A stretch of DNA of 63,309 nucleotides, filler included, from Licmophora abbreviata (lineage: Eukaryota): assembly GCA_900291995.1 (NCBI GenBank). It is 9 parts of 9 records of this genome, joined end to end, with 100 filler letters (N's around TTAATTAATTAA, not from the genome) between each part and the next. Parts side by side here need not be neighbours in the genome. Positions count along the whole stretch, not along the records: positions 36,542 to 53,795 come from OLMU01000235.1; 8 more parts are not named here. The stretch is one strand, 5' to 3'. Every line of letters starts with the position of its first letter. Position 1 is the stretch's first letter. The position numbers were made by a program, and so were the translations under genes. The notes below the pieces were generated by a model. That model did not search any database and was not told the origin of the DNA. It was given only the letters and a program-made list of their open reading frames with translations. Of the stretch, positions 39,357-51,900 are shown piece after piece.

Positions 39357-39700
39357 CCTATCCCGGTTGGTTCCAGCTGAGGAAAGAAATCTTAAGCGAA
39401 TTGTGCCGTGAGGGACCAATTTTGTTGCCCTTGTGCCCCATCAACATCGCATCATCATGGTCAATGTTTTGAATGTGGTCAACTTCGACCCGCAAGTCCA
39501 CAAGATTGAGACGCATCATAAGTAGTTCCCGTCATCGTGACGTAGAAGGTGCTCCACAGCGCCATTTTTGCGAGTCCACACACACGCTCTCGCACACCGC
39601 AAACTCGCCTCATCACTTCCCGCCGTCCATGGGGTGATTGTTGATACTTCGTGCCTACGTTCAAGCTTCTCAAAAGCAACTCACGACCACCAGAATCACC

Positions 39701-40624
39701 ATGTCGTCTCTTTTGTCACGTGTTGTCACCTCGACTGGTCGACTGTCCACGACGACAGCTGCGCGCTCCTCTGTGACTCGCGTCGCGACGACAGCTCGTT
39801 GCGCCGCTCTTCCTCGTCGCTCCTTCTCTGGTCTTGTTCCCATAGTCTTGGAATCTGGGACGCTCGGCGAACGTTCTTTCGACATTTATTCTCGTCTCTT
39901 GCGTGAGCGCATCATTTGCGTCCACGGCGAGGTCACGGATCAAATGGCATCGCTCGTCACGGCGCAGCTCTTGTTCTTGGAGTCAGAGGCGCCCGACAAA
40001 CCTGTCTATTTGTACATTAACTCTCCAGGCGGACTGGTCACCGCCGGCATGGCCATGTATGATACGATGCAGTATGTTTCTCCGGAAGTTCACACGATTT
40101 GTATGGGACAGGCCGCGAGCATGGGAAGCTTGCTATTGGCGGGAGGTGCTCCAGGATGTCGCTTTTCACTGTACGTGTGTCATGGACCCTGACCTCTATT
40201 GTGTATATAGATATATCGGGAGAGCCAATCACGCACGCATCACACATGCACGATCGGAATTGTGTTCTTTTGTGTCTCCGATGTTTGTGAGTTCTTGTTT
40301 TGTTACTTACGCTGTATTTCCATGTTCACCGTTAGACCCAATTCTCGCATTATGCTTCACCAGCCCAGCGGTGGTGCACAGGGCATGGCCAGCGACATTG
40401 ACATTCAGGCGCGAGAGATTTTGCGGACGCGCTCGCGTTTGAATGGTTTGTACCAGCACCATACCGGTCAACCTCTGGAAGAGATTGAGCGAGTCATGGA
40501 CCGTGACACATTCATGGATCCCGCACAGGCTATGGCGTTTGGTGTGATTGATGAGATATTGAACAAGCGGCCAGGGGGCAAGGAAGGTGGCGAGGAAGAA
40601 GCGGAGGCTACCAAAGTAGCTTGA
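39701..40624 (+). CDS. clpP: ATP-dependent Clp protease proteolytic subunit, mitochondrial-type; intron 40171-40335
   Basis: [30 protein letters not shown] (catalytic Ser), IMLHQPSGG (His), DRDTFM. R/S/T-rich presequence. Confidence 0.96.
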
Positions 40625-41026
40625 GCGGAGGCTAAATGCAGGGAAGTTCGTGGGTAGACCGGCTATATAGAGACCCCTGCATCGATGCAAAGGCAGACAT
40701 TTGTTGTGGTTGACGGTTTGTTGCGTCTGGTCTGGTACTGACTATTTTGTGTAGAATCTACATACACTCAATTCTACATAAGTATGTGTACAAGTTTTCC
40801 CGCGCCAAGATTACGAGAGTTTCCAAAACAACTTTCACATGTGGCATCATGACCATGGAGGTGCTTTTGCAAAACGAAACGAGGATGAGGTCCCTCTTGC
40901 ACACAGTAGCGAAATGGCCAGTGGCGATGAAATCTTTTGCCACTATCGGTCCATTCACAACGAAAGAAAATTGCTCATTGCCGTTCCTTCGCCGTCCTCC
41001 ACCTCCAAGGCTGCTCTTGCTATACC

Positions 41027-43234
41027 ATGGGCAATCGTCTTGTCCTTCATTGCGACGAGTGTGACAAGGTTTTCTTTCCAGAGAGATCTAGATTGATCGA
41101 CTTGACTGAGCAATCACCCGATCCTTCAGACTCGCACGTGCCTCGCAAGAGCTGTCTTGGACGTCTCGCACAGCATGTTGTGACAGCGCCACATCGTTTG
41201 TCGCACTCATGGCAGCACGTCTGTACATTACTTCTCTGGCTAACCGTTGGAACCCTTGTTTTGCACGCGAGCATGTTCTTGATGCCTCTCCCGAACGTCA
41301 ACGGTGGACTATCAGAGAACCGACGCTTTCTCTACGGCGTCCAGACTCATGTCGAGCTAATCGCGCTTATCCCATGGGTCGAAACAGTTCACTTTGCCAT
41401 CCCAAGTGCCAATATTCCGGTCCGGTCGAGAGTTATCGCTGTCATGGTAGGATTGGTTGTCGCCAAGTTCTTCGATGCGTTCATCGCCGAAGGGTGGTGG
41501 GGCGGACAACACGCCAATCCCGTCTTTCCGATTCCGTTCTCTACCATCGTATCCATGACTTTGTCTCTGCCATTCAGTCTCGCCGCTCTCTACTACACGA
41601 CTCCAGCACGCTCCGATCGAATCGTGCGCGAGAAGTTTGTGATATGCCATCGTGTGTTGGGCTACTACCTCGGCTGCCTCTTTGCAGCGGGGTGTTGGGC
41701 AGTCGGCATGCGACACCTGTTTGGGCACCAGATACAGCAGTTTGTTTGGGCTTTCATGTTTGAGCCGATCCGACTTATTTGTAAGATCTACTTTCTTTCT
41801 GGCTGGCTTTTGAAGCTCAATCCACGACGATGGGTCACCATGGTGATTGTGGTCGATGTTATATTTGGCAGGGTCCAAGTTGCCACGCTGCCATACTTTG
41901 GTAGCTTTGGACCAGTCATCGGCGTCGTGCTCGGAACGTGCGCCACGCTCATATGGCGATTCTACAGTGGTGTGGATCGGATCCAGTTGATCTGGCAGCG
42001 CATCATATCTGGAAACAAGTCATCCGAATTCGTGGATCGAGAGTTTGGCCTACATGGCGAGCGGCGTATCGGAATCCAAGCCTGCGTCGACCTACCACAT
42101 CGTAAGTGTTGACTTTCTCAACAGTCTTCCGACTTGGCAGACTTTTCGTCTCTTGCTAACCCCCTGGTTTCTGTCACCTTGTGTCGTTCTATAGGGATCA
42201 TGCGGGCTTCTCTCAAGGACATTCATCGAATCAGCATGCGTCTACATGGCAACTCAGACTTGGAGGCTTGGGCTGACCAGGACGTTGACGACGATAGCGA
42301 CGACTCCACGATCGTCAGCGGCTCCCAGCATGGTCGTCTACCAAGACTACCACACCGACAATGTCAAGATGGGACGAGCGACAGCTTTTGTATCAAGACG
42401 GCGGATGACACCGAAAGTGCAATTTCTGATGACTCGTTTAGCTCGATTCATCTAGACGACGACGACGGCGGCGAGGAGGATGCCGTGGAGACGTCATCCC
42501 ACGCCTCCTCTACTCTGCACTCACCCGATGCATCCGTAGGAATTGCCAGCAATACCACCATTCGAGTTGAAGCGGATGATATCGAAACGGGGGCTCGACC
42601 AGGAGTGGAATCACCTCCAAGCACCATTAAGGTCGAGCACGTCGCTTCGCAAGATGTGGAGACGGCCCCGCCGAACGCTACGCCGGTGCCAGATCGTCGG
42701 CTCGCGTTCCAGATGACTGTGGCGCAGTCGAATCCGAACGAGAACAACCACAGCAAGCTACAAGAGCTCGGTTGGGAGCAGCGTCAGATGTTTCATGTCG
42801 TGGACTCGATCGGCTCCGAAGTTCTCATGATAATTGTGCGAATCCATCACATGGTCACGATTGGATCGGTCCGACACTTGCCAGTGGCACAACATCTCAA
42901 TCGCACGTTTGAGATAACGGACGACCAGTGGAACAAGGCGAACATTTTTGGATGGACATTTGTCGTGGCTAACATCTTGATCATATTGACTCTGTCCTTG
43001 GCTTTCCGCAAAATTCAACAAGAGCTTGGCCCGGAGCGACCCTTGACGCTGAACCGGGTACTGACATACCTATTTCGCAACCAGTTTTGGTTCTTCTTTC
43101 TTTGGTTGTCCATCACGGGTGCCCTGGCCTGTTCCACCATGATAAATCACTTTGGGGCTGACTTTCGACTGTCATTCGAGTGGTTAACCTGTCGAGACGG
43201 GGGGAGAATGAACTGGCCGGGATGCATGATGTAG
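41027..43234 (+). CDS. Hypothetical multi-pass membrane protein; intron 42102-42194. The start may be 40839 if the T4 run at 41070-41073 is one base short.
   Basis: About ten hydrophobic segments split by an acidic loop. A phase-1 GTAAGT...TAG intron joins the two long ORFs. Confidence 0.75.
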
Positions 43235-43541
43235 CTCGGGTGAGCCTGGACAGTCTCGTGCAGTGGATGATCGTCCAGCCGAGCGAGTGCTGCACGTATA
43301 GTAAACGAGACACTATCTAATATTTGTATAGAAAACAGATGCCAGTATATCCTCTCTAGACGATACATGTACCGGTAGGGATTGGAGATAGTTCTGCAAT
43401 ACGTCGTCTTACTTGGGGTTTCCCTAGAATTACAGCAGGTTCTGTGTCCATTCCATCCCACCCCACATATGAGGAATGTATCATACTCGTCAGCGCGGGC
43501 CGCCGGCGAGTCATGACAGTCTAGTTCTTCTGTTGTCTAGA

Positions 43542-44171
43542 CTAGGAAGAGGCCGTGTCTTCCTTCTGTTCATTGACAAAGTTGGTGTACTCGCTGGCGA
43601 CCGAGAGTCGTGATCTCTTGCGGTAGAGTCTGATGAAAGACGCTTTCAACCGCCGAGTCCAATGATGAGTTGATCTTATTCTTCCCTTGTTCAGTTGATT
43701 TCTTATGATGGACGGGAGTTTGAGCCTGAAGAGCCTTAGGCACCGCATCCACACGGAGGGACGAATGTTCCCGTGCAGTCGTCGAGCAGTCATGACGGCC
43801 TTGGCAATAATCGGAAGTCCCACGTACTGAAGCATCACAAGGCCGGAAGCTTCCCAAACCAAAGGCTCGAGAATCGCCAGGCTCTTCAGGGGCCATTCTC
43901 TCTGTGTCGACCTCGCTGCCACCGTGGTCGGATGAGTCGTAGAAAGACTAGAAGTGTAGTCGACTCCGCAGGGTCCCGATGTATCACAGCGGGACTCTAT
44001 GTTTCTCTGTGCTACCGGAGTGAACAAGGACACATCACTGATTCCATACAGCGGATGGTCTTCGCACCCCAAGAATACGCTGGCCCAAAGCGCCAAGGTG
44101 CCCAAGAATGCGAGGCGGAGACCCGCCCACGGTGGATCATGGCTATAAATATATGGCGACGAAGCGGACAT
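43542..44171 (-). CDS. Hypothetical membrane-associated protein, about 209 aa from the first in-frame ATG
   Basis: ORF with two hydrophobic segments and a basic C-terminus. The ORF-track start at 44363 is GTG. Confidence 0.55.
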   Translation of the reverse strand: MSASSPYIYSHDPPWAGLRLAFLGTLALWASVFLGCEDHPLYGISDVSLFTPVAQRNIESRCDTSGPCGVDYTSSLSTTHPTTVAARSTQREWPLKSLAILEPLVWEASGLVMLQYVGLPIIAKAVMTARRLHGNIRPSVWMRCLRLFRLKLPSIIRNQLNKGRIRSTHHWTRRLKASFIRLYRKRSRLSVASEYTNFVNEQKEDTASS

Positions 44172-44369
44172 TTCCGATAGCCGATTCAAATCTCGTCTCA
44201 GCGCCCCTTCGACCTCTTCGTGAACTGACTCCCCTCTCTGTATGCCACCTGGCACCGGTTGATCAGCAAGTGCAGCAGAAACAACGTCGTTCTGTGTTCT
44301 GTTCCACACTCCAAGGCGTTCCGCCGATGTTCCGATGGGATTGACCGTGTTGTCTGTCGACACGTCGTC

Positions 44370-44384
44370 GACTCACTCGACTCA
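44370..44384. promoter_or_regulatory. Candidate cis-element GACTCACTCGACTCA, copy 3
   Basis: Exact match to 6429-6443, about 200 bp upstream of ATG 44171. Confidence 0.5.
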
Positions 44385-44728
44385 TCACTCCGCGCCATCT
44401 TTTGGGTGGGAATCACTTGGGTCGAAGGGGTCGAATCGTGAAGTTTGGCGCGCAAAATTTCAACGCCTGCACGAAGAAAAAACATCGTCGCATCATGCGC
44501 ATCATCGCATCTCACAACAAGCATACTCGTAGTCTCGGCGACTTTGAGGAGAAAGACCAGCCATTGTGAGATGCATGAATTATCCTATCAAGTGTGTATA
44601 AGACAGTACAGTAGCTGGTAATGTGGAATCTATTTCCTGATATGATAATTATGAGTTCTTGACGGATACAAGCAACAAGAAGCGTTCAGCTACGCGGAGC
44701 CAGATCGAACGAAAGGTGACTGTCGCTT

Positions 44729-45172
44729 TCACTTTGAGCAGCTCTCTTCGATACTCAACGTATTGGCGCTCAATTGAAGAGAGGATAGACGCTGTTGCAT
44801 CTTGTCTCGTGTGCAGTTTCTGGACTCGACGGCCGAGGTGTCAAGCTCGATTGACATGGAGCTTGAAGACCTTGTATGACGCAATTCAAACTTTTGACTC
44901 TCGACGAGATCTATTTCATCTAGTTGTCTTCTCACGTTGATGTTCGATAGAAGCATCATACTGGGACATCTAGATCCCCGCCTCATGTATCGCCTGCGAT
45001 TGTTGCACGATTGCAGGACTTCGTCACTTGTCTTTGAGGACGGTGGAATGACAAAGTTTTCAGGTGAGCTCATCATGTTGTGAGAGTACTTGGATTTTAG
45101 TGTAGCAGCCTTTCGTGGGAGAGGCGACTCCTTGAAGCAAATGGGCGATCGGGCTATCTTGGCGAGAGTCAT
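44729..45172 (-). CDS. Small hypothetical protein with an RRRYMRRGSRCPSM motif
   Basis: 147-aa ATG ORF. The motif resembles one I recall from small uncharacterised diatom proteins. Confidence 0.65.
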   Translation of the reverse strand: MTLAKIARSPICFKESPLPRKAATLKSKYSHNMMSSPENFVIPPSSKTSDEVLQSCNNRRRYMRRGSRCPSMMLLSNINVRRQLDEIDLVESQKFELRHTRSSSSMSIELDTSAVESRNCTRDKMQQRLSSLQLSANTLSIEESCSK

Positions 45173-45802
45173 GCTACAACAAAAGTATTGTGATGACTTG
45201 TGAAGCGTTGAGAGAGTTTGCTCGCCGTCGTCTGCGCTGCAAAATTGTGAGCAGATACGGGATCGCGCTCGTTTCGCAGGTTAAATGACCGAATGACTCC
45301 CAACGCTCTTTCAATAGGTCATTCACATAAAGACCAATAACCTTTCAAAGGTCATGGTCATATCTAGCATAAGAGACTTCGCTATCAAACTGTGTCAAAC
45401 GGCACCCGTTCTTTAAGTCCGAAGCAAGCGGTCATAGTGTATCGGCATGCGGGGTATGACATAGCTGTACCGGTACCGGTAGTCTAGTCTAGGCTGGCTA
45501 GGCTCACGCGTTCTCACGAAATCCCGGTCTCGTACCACTACGTCAACAAGAACAAACAAGCTCGTCTCCAATGCAAAGAGTAGGAACTTCAAAAGTCCTC
45601 GAAGTAGAGGAACCTTACAGGCAAAATGACTCCTCCTCACGCGTGGTCCGGCGTTTTGCGCTAAAAGGTTGAGTCGGGAAGCTTTCTCTGCAACAGCTAG
45701 TAAACCTCCGGGTGGGAATATGATATGGCAGTTGCGTTAGTCAACTAGGTAGAGTTTAGCTAAGAAACTTGTAAGCGTTCTTAACAGTTCATTATCTTAG
45801 AA

Positions 45803-48521
45803 TCAGTCACGGCTTGAAGGCTGTTCTACATCAACAGGATAAGCAGAGCAGCTGGCCGAGAGGTCGATACCAAAATCTTCTGCGACACCTTCTAGCTCAT
45901 AGCATACGCGATTGGGAAAGTGGTCAGTCCCCATGGTCGGACTCACCACAATTTCGTTGAAATCGTTGTTGTTAACCCAGACAGGTGTGTACTGGAAGCC
46001 GAAGTTCGTCGTACAGCATGTCATGCACTTTGCTAATCCGTGCATGCATGACGTCTTCTCTCCCGTTTTGACCAAATGAACGATTCTACCTGGGGGGAAC
46101 AATTGGATAGTCCGGGTGTTCCCTCGTCTTATTCTGCGATCCGACTGCACCTGTCTAAATTGGCGAAGCTGTTGTTGGTATTCCGAGTCCTGCGGTACGT
46201 CGTCGGGGTCATGTAGCAACTCTTCTATGCTCGCTTGAAGACAACCACCGCTATCTTGTACGTCGTCATCTGCGCACAGTCGACATGACAGCAAACCATA
46301 TCCTCGGACAAGCTCGTTCGCAACTTGAATCTTGGGCACTTTGATCCGCCCAATCAGATCAAGAACCTCGTCGCGCAAGTGCTCCATCGTGTCGAGCGAG
46401 AGCCGCGACACTACATCCGAGTCCAAAACAAATGAAGTACAGAACTCTTGGCAATGGGTCGCCAACTCCAAGCTCAGACACATCCCTGGTGGACTGTAGT
46501 TCAGACAGCGCAGCGTTGGAAATCGTCCCTTCATCATGTATGACAGGAGCGTCGCTGTGGCAGCTCCCAGACTATGGCCAACGATGCGAAGCTTGTACCC
46601 AGGATACTTTGCGTTGTTACCTAACAGGAGACGGTCAAGAATGCCATGTCTGATAGGGTTCAAGTATCGCAAGTGAATGAGTTAGAATGACGAATTGAAT
46701 CTGACCGTTACAGTGAAAACACCTACAGCTCAGGTCAACTACACTGACGTACCGCTCCAAGTCTCTGTGGACGATTCGGGCGCATGACAACACACCACCG
46801 TGACAGTGTTGTCCGTCGCCGTCAAAACCGAACTCGTTTCCTAGATGGTCAAGCGTCTCCGGTTCTATCAGCACATCTGTAATGCAGTCTTCCAAACTGA
46901 AAGTTCCCCTGATGGCCACGACGGCTGTTTGCCATGCGTGATCGAGTAATATACAATAGGGGATCTCGTTGAAACTATTCTTGAGTTGTGCGTAAACAAG
47001 GTCTGCGTCTTCGATACCAGCGTGCAAGAGAAGCGCAGACTTGTGGAGATTACAACAGTTGTCCCCAACGACATTTTCGGTTTCGCCTGCCAAAAGACTG
47101 TCATTCTCCTCTGGATCGTCGCAGCAAGATCCGCCATCTCGACTGGATCCTCGGCGACAGGAGAAACAGCAGCACGGATTTCGACACAGCAGGCGGGGAA
47201 AGCCTGTGACTGGATATCGATACGCGTAGAGCATCCATGTATAAATAGCGAGTGCATACTTGGAAAATCGGGCCCCCTCCCTCAGGACTTGCATGTCTGA
47301 CTCATTGTGCCGGCTCAAGACTTTTCGCAGCTGGGCCTCGTAAAACGTTTCGGGGCCCTCTTGGTGCATGAGATATGTCGTCTGTCGGCGATGAGACTCG
47401 TGTTCTGGACGCTCGCATATCGACGAGGACGAAAGACCGGCCGTAGAATTCTCTGACGGCGATAGCAATGGTGCGCCTGTCGGAGACGACGCATTCCGTC
47501 CTGCTTCCATACTGGACTGATAGTCCAAGAGTTGTTGCTGGACGACCGCTGTTCGTGCTTCCAATATTCGCACCCGTTGCAGTCGTTGCAAGACCCAGAA
47601 ACCCATTACCACATCACTGGGAACAAGATCTAAGACACCTCCCGTCTCAAAGTAGTCCGATAGTGCGCGGGCCACATCGCCGTAATCCCCGAGCGCCACT
47701 TCCTTCCCGCCGAACAGAAAGCAGGTCGTCATGCCCAAGCACTGGCAAAGGTTCGCGCAACGCTGTTCCCACATCTCCTCCGTTAGTTCAGCATGTTGAT
47801 ACGCCTGTGTCGAGTATACACTGTTGTCGTTCCCACACTTGAGTCGAAGTACGAGCGCTGCGGCGACCAGAACCTCAGCAACTTGTGTTACCCACAAGGC
47901 GCATAGGGCTACCCACCACCAGTGTACACTGGCGAATAGTGAGTAGTGAGGCGGGTCTTGTTCCTGCTCAAGCCCCCTGGAAATATATTCTGAACTGAAG
48001 AGTTCGTTCATCTGTCGCCAAAAGTCGTCGTCCAAGTCATCCGAAGTCGTATTCTGTTGCAGAGTTGATCGATTCGGCTCCTGTGCTTCGCAGTTGTCGC
48101 GATGATTCAATACAAAGAGGGCACAGCCGATCGCGAAGACGATGCCTCCAAAACCAATCGTTACAAAGAGGAGCTTAATTCCCAGCATTCTCTCCACTCT
48201 TTCGGATCGATCTCCCGGTTCCGTCGGCGTCCCCCGCGAGCTCAATCTGGAAAGCTGCACCTCGGTCCACAAGGCCACGAGCGAGAAGAGTGACGAAGCG
48301 GCCGCGTACGAAACAAGAACTGCCTCAAATGACTCCCCACATACTCTTTCCTTATCATCGTCTGGAGGGCTTTGCCACACATCCCGGAAAATAGCGTTCC
48401 ATACCGGCACTAGCAAGGGAAAGAGCTGCACGACTCGCAGTCCAATCGCGAGGAGGCACGGAATGTGCAGATCGTCGCCTCCTGAAAGCGTCTTTCGTCC
48501 AAACAGTCTAATTGCTGGCAT
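45803..48521 (-). CDS. DAGL: sn1-specific diacylglycerol lipase (N-terminal TM helices + lipase class 3); intron 46650-46752
   Basis: VVAIRGTFSLEDCITD, HCHGG, VGHSLGA (catalytic Ser), DVVSRLS, DHFP and DLVPSDV. Confidence 0.9.
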
Positions 48522-48709
48522 GAGACTTCAATAGGAGATTCGATGAGCTGATGGGATCGTTACCCGGTCACATGGAAAGACAGAGGCGACGGTTGTAGCC
48601 GGAACATACATTGTCACCATTGTCACAGCACACACGCATCGAGACTGGGTTGGAGACGAGCTCGGATTTTAGGAAACCTCTAATAGAGCTCGCCCAACTC
48701 CCTCTTTCT

Positions 48710-48722
48710 AGTCGAGTGAGTC
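48710..48722. promoter_or_regulatory. Candidate cis-element AGTCGAGTGAGTC, copy 4 (13 contiguous matching bases)
   Basis: Midway between the divergent DAGL and carboxylesterase starts. Confidence 0.45.
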
Positions 48723-48942
48723 AAGCTAAATCAGGAATTCAAGACGCGACCACGAACGCGTTTTTTACGAGTAGACAACCTATCACAACTTTCTCATGGC
48801 GTGTGTCACAGCGAATGCGCCGCTGTTCTTGATATCGTGACTTCTTACAACTCAAACCGCTCGCATACGTACAGCGAGACGTAACTTTTGGGTCCTGCTG
48901 AAATCTGGATGAAATTCGGTAAAAAACAAACGACTTAGACGA

Positions 48943-51900
48943 ATGCCGGTCGGACGAAGATACCGACGTCGTCTCTTGGGCCTGTCGGTGCTTTTCGTAG
49001 CCCATGCAATGATCATGATGTCCGTACTGGCACACCAAAATGAAACCGTGTACGGTGATGACCCTGGGTTTTGGGAAGACTTGTTCCAAGAAATTCATCG
49101 CGGTGGATCCTCGTCGTCGCGTCCGTCCGCAAGAGGCGGCAAGGCGACGAGGGGGCGGCCTGCCGCCAAGTCGACCAGTCGCGGGAGTTTTGGAAGTAAC
49201 ACGAAGCTGAAGCAACCGGCATTTTCGTCAGAATCTTCTTCTGATACCCCTATTCGCCACGTGGGCGTCACTATACCCACTTATGGAAAGATCCAGGGAA
49301 CTCGAGAAGAAGGAATTGATTTCTTTGGTGGCATTCCTTACGCATCGCCACCGGTGGGCAATCTGCGATTTGCTCCACCCGAACCGCCTACTCCTTGGGC
49401 GCCTGCCAAGCTAGATGCGACTCATTTTGGTCCGGACTGCTGGCAGCTCGTCGATCCTGTATCAAATCCCGCTGTAACGACTGACAACATGTCGGAAGAT
49501 TGTCTGCATCTCAATATATTCACACCGGCTGGGCAGTCGCACAGTAAGAAACGACGTCCTGTCATGGTGTGGCTGCACGGGGGAGCGTTTCAGCAGGGTG
49601 GGGCGCGACGACCCGAATATGACGGACGACGGCTCGCCGAACGTGAAATCGTTGTCGTCACGTTGAATTATCGCTTAGGAGCGCTAGGGTTCATGGTGAG
49701 CAGTAGCGATGGTCTGTTTGGTAATTTTGGGTTGATGGATCAACGAGCCGCGCTAGACTGGATTGCAAGAAATATTCATGCGTTTGGAGGTGATCCTGAC
49801 AACATAACGCTGTTTGGGGAGTCGTCTGGTGCCGTCATGATTGGATTGCACTTGATGATGGAAGGGGCAGGGACTTCGCTGTTTCATCGCGCCATCATGC
49901 AGAGCAATCCGTTGGGGTACACGTTTCGATCAGTAGTAATTGCTGATTTCATCGGAGAAGCCTTGAAGCGCTCAGTGGATTGTCGCGACCTGTCGTGTTT
50001 ACGAACCGAGCGCGTCGAGGAGATCATGCGTGCACAGAGCAGCCTCATGGGCGTACCGCGGAGCGTTGGGGACTTCTTCACTTGGGGACCGACACTTACA
50101 AGTGAGATGAAAGTCACGTTTGGTGGAGTTGCATCGTCATATTCCAATAGCGCTCCTTTTGGAATGATGTCGAGGTCGGAAGAACATCGATTGTTTCGCA
50201 ACCTTGACGCAAGGTGGCAGCCAGACTCGGACGTAGCGCGATGGAGTGCCGTCAATGTCAGTCAGCCGCTGAAGGGCCTTCGTTTGGTCCCCGACAAGAT
50301 TCCTATACTGATTGGAAGTAACAAGCACGAGGGTGAAATGTTTGTTCACACTGCGTTTCCCGCTCCAATGCCCAAGGCGGTGTACTGGATGTTTGTCGGA
50401 GCTCTCTTTCGCGACAGTGCGTCGAGGGTGTTAAAACACTATAGGGGCTACGTGGATCAAGTCGAAGAGGAAGCCGAGGCATTGGCTAGGAGCCAAATTG
50501 AAGAGGAAGAAAATAGAATGTACTATACAGAACACAAGGAGCACCTGGAAAATGAGTACGAGCTACTTTTGAAAATGAACGCAACGGGCAAAGCAAAAGT
50601 TGACACCAGCATCGGTGTTCGGGCTCTAGTCAATACCTGGGGAGGAGCACAGGAAGGCTCAGCGCTACCTGGAAATAACACCCGGTCTTGGCAGCAGCGT
50701 CTATGGCGCCTCCCGAAAGGCCAAGGAGATGACCTGACTCCGACCGAGCGAGTTGCCAAAAAAGTACACCTGAGAGAAGAACGGCGCGTTGAGCGAAAGC
50801 GTGCCAAGGCGCTCAAGGAGGCCGCAAAAGTAGTAGTCGACTATCGACCTGTAATGAGCCGAATCATCGATGACTACTTGTTTCGATGTCCTACCTGGCA
50901 CTATGCACACCTCATCAGCAAGGATCGGGAGCGTCGTGGTAAGCACAAGAACAGCGTCTACGTCTATCGTTTCTCGCAACCCACTCATATCCCAGGGTAC
51001 AAAGAGTGCTGGGGCAAGTCATGTCATACGGCAGAGCTACCATATGCGTTTCAATCAATGGATATTATTCGATCCAACTATTCCACCCTGGGTCCACTCG
51101 CGCAGAGAGAGGCGCCCGCGGCACCTGAGTACCCATACACCGACATACTCAATGCCTATCGAGGTGCACTGGTGTCCTTCGACAACTACTTTTCGGAAGA
51201 GCACAGCTCAAACGGTGCGGCTACAAAGAAAGAGGGCCCGTTCCTGAACATGAATCACACATATGCATTCAGTCGCATACTTAGCCATTTCTTCGGCGAC
51301 TACTTCAAGGAGGACGCGGATGAAGAGATTGCCAGCGATATGACGGATCGATGGGCTGCTTTTGCCAGAGCTGGAGATCCTAACTACGATGGAAGCCGAG
51401 CCGATTGGATCCCATGGCGCTACGAATCCACTCACCACATCGGAGAAGATTGGAGCGATAACGACGACTCTCATGATAATGCATGGGTCATAGACGGCGA
51501 GTACGACTACTGGAGCGATATTGATGAGTACGAAGAGAAGTCTGACGCATCATGGACACAGGACAAGGAGGGGCGCGCCTATCGGATGCGTGCATTATCG
51601 GTTTTAAACATGGAAGTGATCGAGGAAGACGTCTTTCGCACTGAACTTAGACGACGGCAGCCAAGACCCATTGACAATGAGCTGGACAAGACATTCCTGG
51701 CGAGCCGATTCTTGTTCCGGAGCTCCCTGAAACGGAAAGATCCAAGCGAAGTCAAATCCGGACCACCAATATCGAGAAGAGCAATAAAAGAAATTATTCG
51801 AGTCGCGCAAGAAATGGGCGTCCTCGGAATCGGGCTCGCCGCAGACGATCGATGGCCTGATGTAGACTCCGATCTTGACTTCTTCCCCGAACTGTTGGAG

